Source: a virus | Taxonomy: Duplodnaviria > Caudoviricetes | Length of the DNA: 64,000 nucleotides | Reading direction: 5' to 3' (one strand) | Virus record (IMG/VR): IMGVR_UViG_3300043429_000757 | Location: 1,022-65,021 of that record | Shown here: piece by piece, positions 7,181 through 15,747 of the stretch | How the letters are laid out: every line of letters begins with the position of its first letter | Position numbering within the stretch: the stretch's first letter is position 1 | Program-made: the position numbers and the translations under genes | Notes under the pieces: generated by a model | What the model was told of the DNA's origin: nothing | What the model saw: the letters and a program-made list of their open reading frames with translations, nothing else | Databases searched by the model: none

Positions 7181-7752
7181 TTCTTTCCCCAACGGATGGT
7201 GGGCTGCGGATCAGCCAAGCGATACACGCCGTCGATGTTGTAAACGTAGTAGTCCGGCTCCAGCATCCGAGGTTTTGCATTTGGCGCATAAACCAGCACA
7301 GTCATCGGTGCTGGCGGGCAAATTTTTGCTGCCTTTTTTGCTGCGGCTTCAATCGTTGTCTCGCGCTCAATGACAACATCTTGGGCGCGTTCGCGCCCTG
7401 CAACGAACCTGCGGAACCTGAATGGCGGCTCCCACACATGGTCTGGGACTTTTGCCGCTTCATCGACCCACGCTACCGGCTCCTGCAAAGGTGCTGCGGG
7501 TGGGGTGGCTGGGCCGTAGTAAAGAGGCACAACATCGACCTGCGCGGGCTTGCGGTAATACAAGTTTGTGTAGTCGTGAACATCCACCCACGCCACCGGC
7601 TCCTGCTTCTCAGCCTCTGCGATGGCGGTGCGGAGGGCGGTGATGGCTTTGGGGGCAATGTCTACCTCAAGGATGTGCGCCTCGTCATGAGTGTCCATGT
7701 TGACGTACATCTCCAGCGCCTCCAGCGCCTGACGCATTGCTTCGATGCTCAT
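7177..7752 (-). CDS. QEPVAW family accessory protein (two copies of motif)
   Basis: MRQALEALE...QEPVAWVD x2. Confidence 0.75.
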   Translation of the reverse strand: MSIEAMRQALEALEMYVNMDTHDEAHILEVDIAPKAITALRTAIAEAEKQEPVAWVDVHDYTNLYYRKPAQVDVVPLYYGPATPPAAPLQEPVAWVDEAAKVPDHVWEPPFRFRRFVAGRERAQDVVIERETTIEAAAKKAAKICPPAPMTVLVYAPNAKPRMLEPDYYVYNIDGVYRLADPQPTIRWGKK

Positions 7753-8009
7753 GTGTTGTTCTCCCTAAGCATCTTCTCAGCGTCATACAGGATATCTCGG
7801 TACTGGTAGTCGTACTGGTTGATCTGCTCATCAGTGAGCCCAACCCACGGCCGCTTCGGCGCAGCGGTGTAAAGCGCGATGTCCGCGGTCCGTGTTCCCA
7901 GCTTACCCTTGTGTTTTGCGGGAATCACTTCCGTGTCGCTGTCAAACTCCAGGTCCGTGGTCCATGCAACGGGCTGCGGTGCCCCTGCCTGTTCAATGGC
8001 GGTGCTCAT
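7749..8009 (-). CDS. QPVAW...WVGLTDEQI family accessory protein
   Basis: Paralogous motif set; start at MSTAIE. Confidence 0.7.
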   Translation of the reverse strand: MSTAIEQAGAPQPVAWTTDLEFDSDTEVIPAKHKGKLGTRTADIALYTAAPKRPWVGLTDEQINQYDYQYRDILYDAEKMLRENNT

Positions 8010-8356
8010 GTCAAGTCCTTCCACTTCCACCCGAACATCTGCTCGGTGTTCTTGATCTGCTCGTCCGTGGGCTTCCTGAAGACGTGGAACATGGTGCTCG
8101 GTCCGTGGTCCCCGTCTGGTGGTGGGTCAATCACCCAGGCCCCCGCCGCCTTCGGCGGCTCGTAGAGCTTGTAGACGGTAGTCGGGTCGATGCGTTCTAT
8201 GCCCCGGTTCCAGGACATGCCGAACATCGTGACGTCGGCCAGAATGTCCTGCGCGCGCTGCTCCGGGGTCCGTGGCGCAGTCTTCGCGCCGCACCGCGAG
8301 CAGGTCAGCCCTTCGGACAGGTCGGCGTTGAAATGCCACTCGTGTTTGCAGTCCAT
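8006..8356 (-). CDS. Hypothetical protein with N-terminal C-x-H...C-x-x-C
   Basis: 116-aa ORF, GGAG RBS. Confidence 0.65.
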   Translation of the reverse strand: MDCKHEWHFNADLSEGLTCSRCGAKTAPRTPEQRAQDILADVTMFGMSWNRGIERIDPTTVYKLYEPPKAAGAWVIDPPPDGDHGPSTMFHVFRKPTDEQIKNTEQMFGWKWKDLT

Positions 8357-8622
8357 TAAAACTTCTCCTTGAAGAAGCGGTCGATGATCTGGGCCAGCTC
8401 GTCGAGGTGGAACTCCCCGCCCTCGCCGCTGGCCGCGCTGATCCAGATCATGCCCGGGCGCCCACCTTGCTGGAGGGTGTATCCGCCAATGTGAACCTCA
8501 TCGCCTTCATCTTTGGCCGAGGTGTGCTTCTCGCACTCCTCCCAGATAAAGCGCGCGTTGCCCTCACCGAGCACTTTGCGCTCGCCTTTGGTCAGGCCGT
8601 TCCACCACTCATTGAAAGTCAT
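8356..8622 (-). CDS. Hypothetical protein (MTFNEWW...)
   Basis: Start moved to 8622 behind AAGGA. Confidence 0.65.
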   Translation of the reverse strand: MTFNEWWNGLTKGERKVLGEGNARFIWEECEKHTSAKDEGDEVHIGGYTLQQGGRPGMIWISAASGEGGEFHLDELAQIIDRFFKEKF

Positions 8623-8863
8623 GATCCTTGCTCCTTGAAAATATTTGCTTGATCCGCTGCCAGGCCAGCCGGCGCAGGGAGATGTTGCGAAGCTGTGCCT
8701 GGGTGCGCAGCAGCTCTGCCATGGTGTCGCTGTCGTGCTTGGACAGAAGCTTCCAGCCCTCTTCAAATTCCTTGCGCGCCAGCTCGCGGCCCTCGCTCCA
8801 GCCCTTGGCGTAGGCTTCTGTTTCGACGTCGGCGAACGTGCGCCGTTTGTATTTACTGTTCAC
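8609..8863 (-). CDS. Hypothetical protein
   Basis: 84-aa ORF in operon. Confidence 0.65.
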   Translation of the reverse strand: MNSKYKRRTFADVETEAYAKGWSEGRELARKEFEEGWKLLSKHDSDTMAELLRTQAQLRNISLRRLAWQRIKQIFSRSKDHDFQ

Positions 8864-9048
8864 GGTAGTAGCTTCCTGTCAATGCGTGCCAGCAGCCTTT
8901 GGTAGGCCGCCCGGTCACGCTCCAAATCTTCAATCTCCACGCCCCACAACTCAACGTCGGGGCACATGCCTATTTCAATGGTCACATGCTCGATGGCCAA
9001 GGCCAGGGCCTGACGCACGAGGATGAGGTTTGTTCCGGTGAAGGTCAT
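8860..9048 (-). CDS. Hypothetical protein
   Basis: ATG overlapping upstream stop. Confidence 0.6.
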   Translation of the reverse strand: MTFTGTNLILVRQALALAIEHVTIEIGMCPDVELWGVEIEDLERDRAAYQRLLARIDRKLLP

Positions 9049-9365
9049 AGCGGCATGTCTCCGTGCCATGGTTCGTCCTTCATGCGCTTGAGGTTGAAGA
9101 TGAACCGGTATTGCGGGTGTACCTTCACGAACAAGCGTGCGTAGAAGGCGATGTGGTCGTTGCTGATCTTGTAGTCCGAGCCGCGGGTAGTGATCATCAC
9201 CTCCCAGCGGATGCGGTTGATGATGAGCCAGTGGCTGATCTTCCTGTGGCCGGCATTGATGGCATCCAGCGTGAAGCGTTCAAAGTGCTCCCACACGGCT
9301 GGGTTGGCCGCGTTGAAGGCGTTGAACTCCCGCTGACGCAGGTGGAACGGGGTGTTCATGCTCAT
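9045..9365 (-). CDS. Conserved phage protein (F..NP.VW..F...RIRWE...KISNDH.AFYARLF)
   Basis: Recognisable phage motif; start moved to MSMNTP. Confidence 0.75.
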   Translation of the reverse strand: MSMNTPFHLRQREFNAFNAANPAVWEHFERFTLDAINAGHRKISHWLIINRIRWEVMITTRGSDYKISNDHIAFYARLFVKVHPQYRFIFNLKRMKDEPWHGDMPL

Positions 9366-9568
9366 GGCTGGTCCTCCCCAGGTGAGTCCACACGGAACCC
9401 CGCTTCGGCATATTCCCACTTGTCGCAGGTCACGCGGTCCACGGTGTACTTCATGTAGTTCGCCGAGCCTTTGTTCAAACACATAGCCTGCACGGGACCA
9501 AAGCCCTCGCACTTAGCAATCATGTCGGACCAGTATTTGCAGTCCAGGCACTGGTTGACGGCCCTCAT
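9362..9568 (-). CDS. Cys-rich small protein
   Basis: CLDCKYW...C...CDKW. Confidence 0.65.
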   Translation of the reverse strand: MRAVNQCLDCKYWSDMIAKCEGFGPVQAMCLNKGSANYMKYTVDRVTCDKWEYAEAGFRVDSPGEDQP

Positions 9569-9768
9569 AGACGTATCTCCAGAAGCTTCTCGTCCGAGTC
9601 CTCGCTGACGTACCGAGAGAACAGGGTGATCTCGATAGTGCCGTCGAGCGTCTCGATCACCAGCTCCCGGTTGGCGCTGACCTGCCCATCAATAAGACCG
9701 TTCTCCTTGATGGGCCCCACGCTGATCGAAGTGACCTGGTGGATGTTGAGATTGAAGTTCTTACTCAT
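9565..9768 (-). CDS. Small beta-rich hypothetical protein
   Basis: TAGAAAGGAGAAAGG RBS; TAAAAT -10 upstream. Confidence 0.7.
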   Translation of the reverse strand: MSKNFNLNIHQVTSISVGPIKENGLIDGQVSANRELVIETLDGTIEITLFSRYVSEDSDEKLLEIRL

Positions 9769-9837
9769 GCCTTTCTCCTTTCTAAGTTGGCTTGGTAATT
9801 TTACTGATCGCGGCGGAAATTGATCTAGGAGTTTTCC

Positions 9838-10293
9838 CTATTTCAATTCAAGGGTGTCGTGGCCCATGCCGCAGGCAACGCTGAACTGCGACGCAATACG
9901 CACTGCCTCTTGAGCCGACAGGCCCGCGGCCAGTGCGCCTACGGCGTAGTCGCGGCCACTGCCGAACACGTACCAGCCGTCACGCATGGCAGCCTCGGTG
10001 AAGTCCATTGGGTGAGGGCTTCGCTCGTACTTGAGCACGCGGCAGTCGGGTGTGATGGCCAAGAAGGCCACCCAGTCGTCTTTGTTGCGCATGCACGGCG
10101 GCGCCTGAGCAGGATCAGCGCCCTGCCCGAACCACTCGAACATCTCCTGCGCCAGGTCCCAGTCCCCAGCAGCAGCGCACAAGTAGCCGTGAATGCGGCG
10201 CACCTTCGTCACGACCCTTGTCATGTCGCTTTGCGTCGACTGCTTGTCAGCCGTCAGGGTCTTGGCTCGATGGTCCCAGATGATGATAGTCAT
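9838..10293 (-). CDS. Ntn-hydrolase (HslV/proteasome beta-like) peptidase
   Basis: Start at MTIIIWD gives N-terminal Thr; ADKQST, TKV, GSGRDYAVGAL motifs. Confidence 0.75.
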   Translation of the reverse strand: MTIIIWDHRAKTLTADKQSTQSDMTRVVTKVRRIHGYLCAAAGDWDLAQEMFEWFGQGADPAQAPPCMRNKDDWVAFLAITPDCRVLKYERSPHPMDFTEAAMRDGWYVFGSGRDYAVGALAAGLSAQEAVRIASQFSVACGMGHDTLELK

Positions 10294-11198
10294 GGGGCTT
10301 CCTCCGCTGCTACTTCCTTGAGGTTGACCCAGCAGGGGCTGACCCATGTCAGTCGCTCGCCGGGCAGTTTGCGATAGTGCCCCTTGCGGTAATGCGCGCA
10401 GGGTGAGCCGTGCTCAAACCCTCCCCGCTGCAACCGCTCGATGGCCTCGTCGCGCTCTTTGATGCCCACACGCGTGCTGGTCAGCAGGCGAAGCTGATGC
10501 ATCATCCGAATGCCGGCCATGCCGCCAGGGATGGCGTTCAAGCCCATCGGGGCCAGCGTGTACTTGGCCACGGCCTCTTCCTCCAGCGCGTAGATTTTGC
10601 CGAGTGAGTCGGCAGAGCCACTGATCTGGATGACAGGGTGCATGGGGATGCCTTGATGCACCAGTTGGTACCACACAGAGTGCAGCAGTGAACCGGTGTT
10701 GGTCTCGGCCTTGTAGCCATGTTCCCGCATTCGGGTCAGGATGTCCCGCTTGGTGATGCCGATGTAGCCGTGCTGCAAGGGTTTGACAGAATCTTTTGTG
10801 AACCGCTTGTCGTCCGAATCGACCTTGAATCGAATGTGGTAAATCGAGTACTCCTTCAAAAGCTCCCTGTCGTAGGCAAAGTGCAGCGGGATGTCCACAC
10901 GCAGGGAGATGTGGTCAGGCGCGATCTTGGTTGTCTCTCCTTCCGGAAAGCGAGAGCCAATGAACATGGTCTGCAAACGAGAGCTCCCATCCTGCCCTGT
11001 CCTGACAGGGTCTGACAGGTTGATCACGGTGATGCCGCCGTCATCCTTTGGATTGCGCGCCATCGCCGCGAGGACGTGGGTGCCCCGGTCCTTTTGAACT
11101 GCCTTAGGGTGAGATTTCAAGGCGTCTCGAAGAACCTTCTCCAGGTAATCGGCCCGTGCGCCGTCACCGAAGATCGTTCGAAGGTTCTTGTACTTCAT
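10290..11198 (-). CDS. Protein with GIY-YIG-like nuclease core and C-terminal HYRKGHYR motif
   Basis: YSIYHI...YIGITKR...R..EH...E...N; start moved to MKYKNL. Confidence 0.6.
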   Translation of the reverse strand: MKYKNLRTIFGDGARADYLEKVLRDALKSHPKAVQKDRGTHVLAAMARNPKDDGGITVINLSDPVRTGQDGSSRLQTMFIGSRFPEGETTKIAPDHISLRVDIPLHFAYDRELLKEYSIYHIRFKVDSDDKRFTKDSVKPLQHGYIGITKRDILTRMREHGYKAETNTGSLLHSVWYQLVHQGIPMHPVIQISGSADSLGKIYALEEEAVAKYTLAPMGLNAIPGGMAGIRMMHQLRLLTSTRVGIKERDEAIERLQRGGFEHGSPCAHYRKGHYRKLPGERLTWVSPCWVNLKEVAAEEAP

Positions 11199-11365
11199 CA
11201 GAACCACCCGAACCAAATGCCTGTGCCATGCACGCATCCGACGGGGAAGAACACCGCCCCTGCAATCAAGAAGCCCCAGGAGGCTGTTTTGAGGCAGGTG
11301 ATGACGTGAGTGAACCAGGCCAGGACGACCCAGATGCCAACTGCAAATGGAAGAAGCTCGCTCAT
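11198..11365 (-). CDS. 55-aa membrane protein (MSELLPFAVGIWVVLAWFTHV...HGTGIWFGWF)
   Basis: Hand-translated; coupled on both sides; two hydrophobic segments. Confidence 0.7.
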   Translation of the reverse strand: MSELLPFAVGIWVVLAWFTHVITCLKTASWGFLIAGAVFFPVGCVHGTGIWFGWF

Positions 11366-11736
11366 GTCTCAACCCTTTCATAAGTCGTTTCAAAGATGTC
11401 CGGCTTGCACGGGTAGTGCTCGCCCTTTACGCCGGTGATGATCCAGTCGCCGGGGCAGACAATGTGCCCGCCTTCCAGTGTGTCGATCCAACCGTGCTTG
11501 TGCATGATCACGCCACAGTTCACGCAACTGCGCTCACCTGCGTAGGCTTTGTCTGGGTGGCGAAAGTAGCGCACCACCTCGCCTTCCCAGCCGTGCGCTT
11601 TGCGGTGCTCGCCAGAGATGCTTACCAGCCGCCCGTTCTGAAAGCCGTCCTGGTTGCTGGCGTAGTCCAGCGGATGGTCTCCGTTCTTGAACCACTGCGT
11701 GGCCTCGATTACCACGGGCTTCTTGCGGAACTTCAT
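11362..11736 (-). CDS. PGDYG-like phage protein
   Basis: MKFRKKPVVIEA.QW...TLEG...PGDWII.GVKGE.YPCKPDIF..TYE. Confidence 0.85.
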   Translation of the reverse strand: MKFRKKPVVIEATQWFKNGDHPLDYASNQDGFQNGRLVSISGEHRKAHGWEGEVVRYFRHPDKAYAGERSCVNCGVIMHKHGWIDTLEGGHIVCPGDWIITGVKGEHYPCKPDIFETTYERVET

Positions 11737-12101
11737 AGGTCCACCCCGTCAATCAAGTGAGATAGGTTTCGGTTGATCCGGTCAACGTGGGCCGCGATCC
11801 GCGCTGCTTGATCCCCCAGCGGTGACTCCGATCGTTGACCAAGAGCCTTCTCGACCGGGCTGCTGGCCTCAGGCCGCGCTGACAGAACGGGCGTGAGCCG
11901 CCCCGTCAGCCGATCCAGTTGCTCTTCTATGGCCGACACGCCCATGGCGATGCGTTCGAGGTTCTCCTCGATGCTGCTGCGCGGGCGAACCTGTTGCAGG
12001 CCGATCGATGCGCCTGCTATCGTCGAGTTGGACCATGCCGCCTTTTTCTCTTCTATTTCACGCTGCTGCGCCTCGTGGCTCGGCCTTTGATACCCCATCA
12101 T
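11733..12101 (-). CDS. Coiled-coil hypothetical protein
   Basis: 122-aa ORF in operon. Confidence 0.65.
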   Translation of the reverse strand: MMGYQRPSHEAQQREIEEKKAAWSNSTIAGASIGLQQVRPRSSIEENLERIAMGVSAIEEQLDRLTGRLTPVLSARPEASSPVEKALGQRSESPLGDQAARIAAHVDRINRNLSHLIDGVDL

Positions 12102-12613
12102 CGCTCCACTCCTTGCAGCTCGTCGGCAACCAGTTGGGCGTAGCCGGCAATGTCAACCCAGCTATCGACGTGATCCGGGTCGCCGTTGACGATACGCCCG
12201 ATCTTGTGGGCGATCATCTCCAGAGACTCCCACTGGCTGTCAGTGAATGTCTTGTTGTGAAGACGGGCGTGCTCTGACATCGCACGCTTGATGTCCTGCG
12301 TGACCTTGGCGTGGCCAGAGAACTTGCCGTAGCGGTCGCCGCGCTCCGTGAGGATCGCGACGATGCCCCCGCCCTCGTGGACGGTCAGAGTGGTAGGTGC
12401 CTCTTCTTGCTGCACCGGGGCTTCCACTGGTGCCTGTGCCGCCTCCTCTTGGGCGATCTTTTCGGCCTGCTCCCTGATGTGCTTGAGCACCACGTAGACC
12501 ACGGGCGCTGAGACGCCAAACTTCATGGCCACGTCCTTGGCCTTGGCGTTGGGGTTCTTGGCCAGGAACTCGCGGACCTGGGCGGTTTTGGATTTTGCTT
12601 TTGCAGTTTTCAC
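12098..12613 (-). CDS. HTH fused to DUF6378-like domain
   Basis: N-terminal VREFL..NP.AKAKDVA.KFGVS; C-terminal ERG..YG...KIGRI..GDPDH.DSWVDIAGYA.L. Confidence 0.75.
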   Translation of the reverse strand: MKTAKAKSKTAQVREFLAKNPNAKAKDVAMKFGVSAPVVYVVLKHIREQAEKIAQEEAAQAPVEAPVQQEEAPTTLTVHEGGGIVAILTERGDRYGKFSGHAKVTQDIKRAMSEHARLHNKTFTDSQWESLEMIAHKIGRIVNGDPDHVDSWVDIAGYAQLVADELQGVER

Positions 12614-12623
12614 GGGGTTCTCC

Positions 12624-12878
12624 TTAAAGGTTGGAGGTCAGGGGAAGAAGCTTGGCGATGTACGAGCCGGCCGCAAAGACGGCAAGTCCATACACCAAGC
12701 AGAGGGAAAGGGCGGTCAGGGGGCGCTTCTTGGGGATGCCCAACAGTCCTGCTTGAACGAGCTCCTCGTCGCTGTTGAGCGCAGGAAGAGGCTTGTTGTA
12801 CTGCAGGCCGATGAGTACCTTGCCGGTGTTGTAGTAACGCCCACTGGCAGCTAAGGCTTTAAAGACATCGGGGTTCAA
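12624..12878 (-). CDS. Small membrane protein
   Basis: YNTGKVLIG motif, C-terminal hydrophobic helix. Confidence 0.65.
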   Translation of the reverse strand: MNPDVFKALAASGRYYNTGKVLIGLQYNKPLPALNSDEELVQAGLLGIPKKRPLTALSLCLVYGLAVFAAGSYIAKLLPLTSNL

Positions 12879-13018
12879 AACGGTGCCTCCTCAAGTTCTT
12901 CAACAGGCGCATCGGGGCGCTTCAAGAATTCTTCAGGTGCCTGCTCAGAAGGCATGACCCAACGAGTGCCATCCCATTGAGGGAATGGCCAGGGCCAGGG
13001 CTGTAACTTAGGGCTCAT
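12875..13018 (-). CDS. 47-aa protein (MSPKLQPWPWPFPQW...EEAPF)
   Basis: Hand-translated; AGAAAGGAG RBS; TTGACA-N16-TAAGAT upstream. Confidence 0.6.
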   Translation of the reverse strand: MSPKLQPWPWPFPQWDGTRWVMPSEQAPEEFLKRPDAPVEELEEAPF

Positions 13019-13047
13019 CTTCTTTCTCCTTTCTGTTCGTGGAAACT

Positions 13048-13224
13048 CTATCTTAACGACTTCAATTCTTTTGTCAACTCCTCAACTCGCTTTTCTGCTT
13101 TCAACCAAGCGTCACGCCACAAATGGCTCTCGTCAAGCTTATCCGCGGCGGCTTGAAGGATTGGTGCAATAGGGGCGTGGCTTGGGTAGTCAGCAAGGTC
13201 GCGCAGAGTGTCGGATAGCTTCAT
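13048..13224 (-). CDS. 58-aa protein (MKLSDTLRDL...AADKLDE)
   Basis: Hand-translated; ATGA coupling. Confidence 0.6.
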   Translation of the reverse strand: MKLSDTLRDLADYPSHAPIAPILQAAADKLDESHLWRDAWLKAEKRVEELTKELKSLR

Positions 13225-13445
13225 GACTGGGACTCAAGAAACTCCTCCTCCCAGAGCAGCTTCTGGGCCTCGGAGATGCTGTTGGTGATGTCGATGTAGC
13301 GCAGCTTGTTGCTCGGTCCAATCACCGGCAACATGACGCGTTTTAAGTGTAGCTCCGCAGGCATTTCCATGCCTGTGAGTCTGATCTCTTCCCAGACCTC
13401 AAAAGTGAGTTCTACGGGCAGGGATATCTCCGTCTGGTACTTCAT
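13221..13445 (-). CDS. Hypothetical protein
   Basis: 74-aa ORF with AGAAAGAAAGAGG RBS. Confidence 0.65.
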   Translation of the reverse strand: MKYQTEISLPVELTFEVWEEIRLTGMEMPAELHLKRVMLPVIGPSNKLRYIDITNSISEAQKLLWEEEFLESQS

Positions 13446-13776
13446 TGGGGGCCTCTTTCTTTCTGTTCTCGTTGATACGCTGAAGGGTGAGTGACTCTTT
13501 GTGTGCCTTCTCGAATGCGGCCTTTACCAGCTTGGCCAACAGTCCGCTCTTGGGGGACTTGTAAAACAGGCTCATCTCGTCGAGCATGAAGTACGCCTCC
13601 TCAGGCATGGACACGGTACGGAAGCGGCTGCCGGTGCGCTTGGAGGGCGACGCGCGCATCTCCTGCCATCGGTCCTTCTTTGGGCGGCCGTTCTTCTTCG
13701 GCCTGCCTCTCTTGCGCTTGCGCACGTAAGGCTCCGGATAGGCCGGAACCACTCTGTTCTTAACCCATGTAGGCAT
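13399..13776 (-). CDS. Putative DNA-binding protein with AT-hook-like motifs and RHH-like segment
   Basis: KRKRGRPKKNGRPKK; FRTVSMPEEAY.ML..M. Confidence 0.65.
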   Translation of the reverse strand: MPTWVKNRVVPAYPEPYVRKRKRGRPKKNGRPKKDRWQEMRASPSKRTGSRFRTVSMPEEAYFMLDEMSLFYKSPKSGLLAKLVKAAFEKAHKESLTLQRINENRKKEAPNEVPDGDIPARRTHF

Positions 13777-13793
13777 GATTCTCCTTTCTGTGG

Positions 13794-13821
13794 AAAAAGA
13801 GGCCAGGCACGCGGCCTGGCC
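13794..13821 (-). terminator. Intrinsic terminator downstream of polA
   Basis: GGCCAGGC-N5-GCCTGGCC followed by TCTTTTT on the minus strand. Confidence 0.75.
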
Positions 13822-13869
13822 AAGTTGGAGACTTCCCCCAAAGGGCAACTGCAAGAAGCCCTGAGGCAA

Positions 13870-15747
13870 TTATGCCGCGGCCCCCCAGCTCGGTCCAGTC
13901 TCAACGTCCACTCGGCTGGGCACTTCCAGCTTCACGGCGTTGGCCATGATGTCTGCAGCCTCGCGGGCCTCCTCAACGCTCTTGACCGACAGGGCGATCT
14001 CGTCGTGCACTTGCAGGCGGATGTCAAAGCCGGCCTTGGCCAGCGCCACCATGCCGGCCTTGGTCTGGTCGGCGGCCGAGCCCTGGATGAGCCTGTTCAG
14101 GCCCTTGTAGGTGCCGGCGCGCTTGATCCGTGAGCCGTATTCAATGACTGCCTGCTCGCGAGGCAGCGCCTTGTTGACGCCCCACTCCACTGGCTCCCAC
14201 AACGGGAAGCGGCATTTGCGGCCCAGCAGCGTGCGGATCGCGCCGCCCGAGGCCGGGTGCTCGATGCGCTTCATCACCGCGTCCACGGTGCCCTTGAGGA
14301 AGGGGACCTTGCTGTGGAAGGTGGCGATCAGCTCGCTGGCCTCGTCCAACGGCAAGTCCAGGCTACCCGCCAGCTTGGGCTTGCCCATGCCGTACATCAG
14401 CCCCAGGCCGATCGTCTTGGCCGCCTTGCGCTTGATGCTGGCCATGTCCGCGACCATCTGGTGGAAGTCGGTATCTGGGTTGTCGCGGTAGGCCTGCGCC
14501 ATCTTCTCAGCACCCGGCAGGCCCAGAAGTGTGGCATAGTGCACCAGCAAGCGCGGTTCCTGCGAGGAGAAGTCGTTTGCCGCCCAAAGCTGGCCCTCCT
14601 CCGGCAGGAACAAGCCCCGCACCAACGGGCCGATCACCTCATGCCTGGCCGGCACCTGCTGCAGGTTGGGGTTGGCCGCCGACAGGCGCCCGGTGACCGT
14701 GCCACCGTCCTCGTTGCGCATCTGGTTGAAGTGGGTATGAATGCGCCCGTCCTTGGCGCTGTGGCGCAGGTAAGGCTCCAGGAACGTGCCGTGGGTCTTG
14801 TTGAGCTCCCGGGCCTCCACGATCATCTTGGCCATGGGGTGCTCGTGCGTGTCCAAGAAGCTCTTGGTGAAGCTCGGCGCGCCCTGGGCGGTGCGTGGGT
14901 ACTGGATGCCCAGCTTGTCAAAAGCATGGGCGACGCTGGCCGCAGCCCAGATGTCCACCTTCACGCCGGCCTGGTTCTTGATGTACTTGAGGATGTCCTG
15001 CTCCTTGGTCCGCATCTCTTCCATCTTGGCCTCGCACTCGGCGCGATTGAAGCGGATGCCCTTGAGCGTGATGTCCACCAGCACCGGCAGCACCTCTGTT
15101 TCAAGCTGGAAGATCGACTCGACCTCGTCGTTGCGCATCAGCGCCTTGAAGTGGTGCCAGAGCTTGAGCGTGAGGGCCGCGTCCTGCTCCGCGTACTCGC
15201 CCACATGCATGGCCGGCAGCTTCCACAACTCCTTCTTGGCGTGCACGCCGAAGTCTTGCGCCGCCTCCTTCAAGCCTTGCTCGCTCTTGATCTCCTTGAG
15301 GTAGTCAAAGCCCAGGCTGTTCAAGGCGTAGCTGAAGCGGTTCTCGTCGAGCAGCGGCGCTGCCAGCATGGTGTCGTAGATCGTGCCACTCACCTTGAAG
15401 CCGGAGGCTCTGAGCCAGCCGAGGTCGTAGGCGGCGTTGTGCATGATCTTGTCTGCGGGCGTCGCAAGGACATCGGCCACCCATCGCTCCACAATCCGAC
15501 GATCAAGGTTGCCGCCGCCGCCATGAGCAACAGGAAAATAGCCTGCCCATCCGTCAACTGCAATTGCGTATCCAACAATGTAGCCGTCATTACGAGGCCA
15601 GCCTGGGCCCAGGGATTCCATGTTGGGATCACACGTTTCGAGGTCAATTGCAATCTCCTTTGCTTCACTGAGGTTGGGGAACGATTGAGGGGGCACCCAC
15701 TCGGAAATCCGGGGGAACATGGACATGGTCTTGGTGTCGCGTTTCAT
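13870..15747 (-). CDS. polA: Family A DNA polymerase (3'-5' exonuclease + polymerase, no 5' nuclease)
   Basis: DLET, HNAAYD, YAEQD; TGRLS..NPNLQQVP; DFSSQEPR; KTIGLGLMYG; IQGSAAD; QVHDE. Confidence 0.97.
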   Translation of the reverse strand: MKRDTKTMSMFPRISEWVPPQSFPNLSEAKEIAIDLETCDPNMESLGPGWPRNDGYIVGYAIAVDGWAGYFPVAHGGGGNLDRRIVERWVADVLATPADKIMHNAAYDLGWLRASGFKVSGTIYDTMLAAPLLDENRFSYALNSLGFDYLKEIKSEQGLKEAAQDFGVHAKKELWKLPAMHVGEYAEQDAALTLKLWHHFKALMRNDEVESIFQLETEVLPVLVDITLKGIRFNRAECEAKMEEMRTKEQDILKYIKNQAGVKVDIWAAASVAHAFDKLGIQYPRTAQGAPSFTKSFLDTHEHPMAKMIVEARELNKTHGTFLEPYLRHSAKDGRIHTHFNQMRNEDGGTVTGRLSAANPNLQQVPARHEVIGPLVRGLFLPEEGQLWAANDFSSQEPRLLVHYATLLGLPGAEKMAQAYRDNPDTDFHQMVADMASIKRKAAKTIGLGLMYGMGKPKLAGSLDLPLDEASELIATFHSKVPFLKGTVDAVMKRIEHPASGGAIRTLLGRKCRFPLWEPVEWGVNKALPREQAVIEYGSRIKRAGTYKGLNRLIQGSAADQTKAGMVALAKAGFDIRLQVHDEIALSVKSVEEAREAADIMANAVKLEVPSRVDVETGPSWGAAA

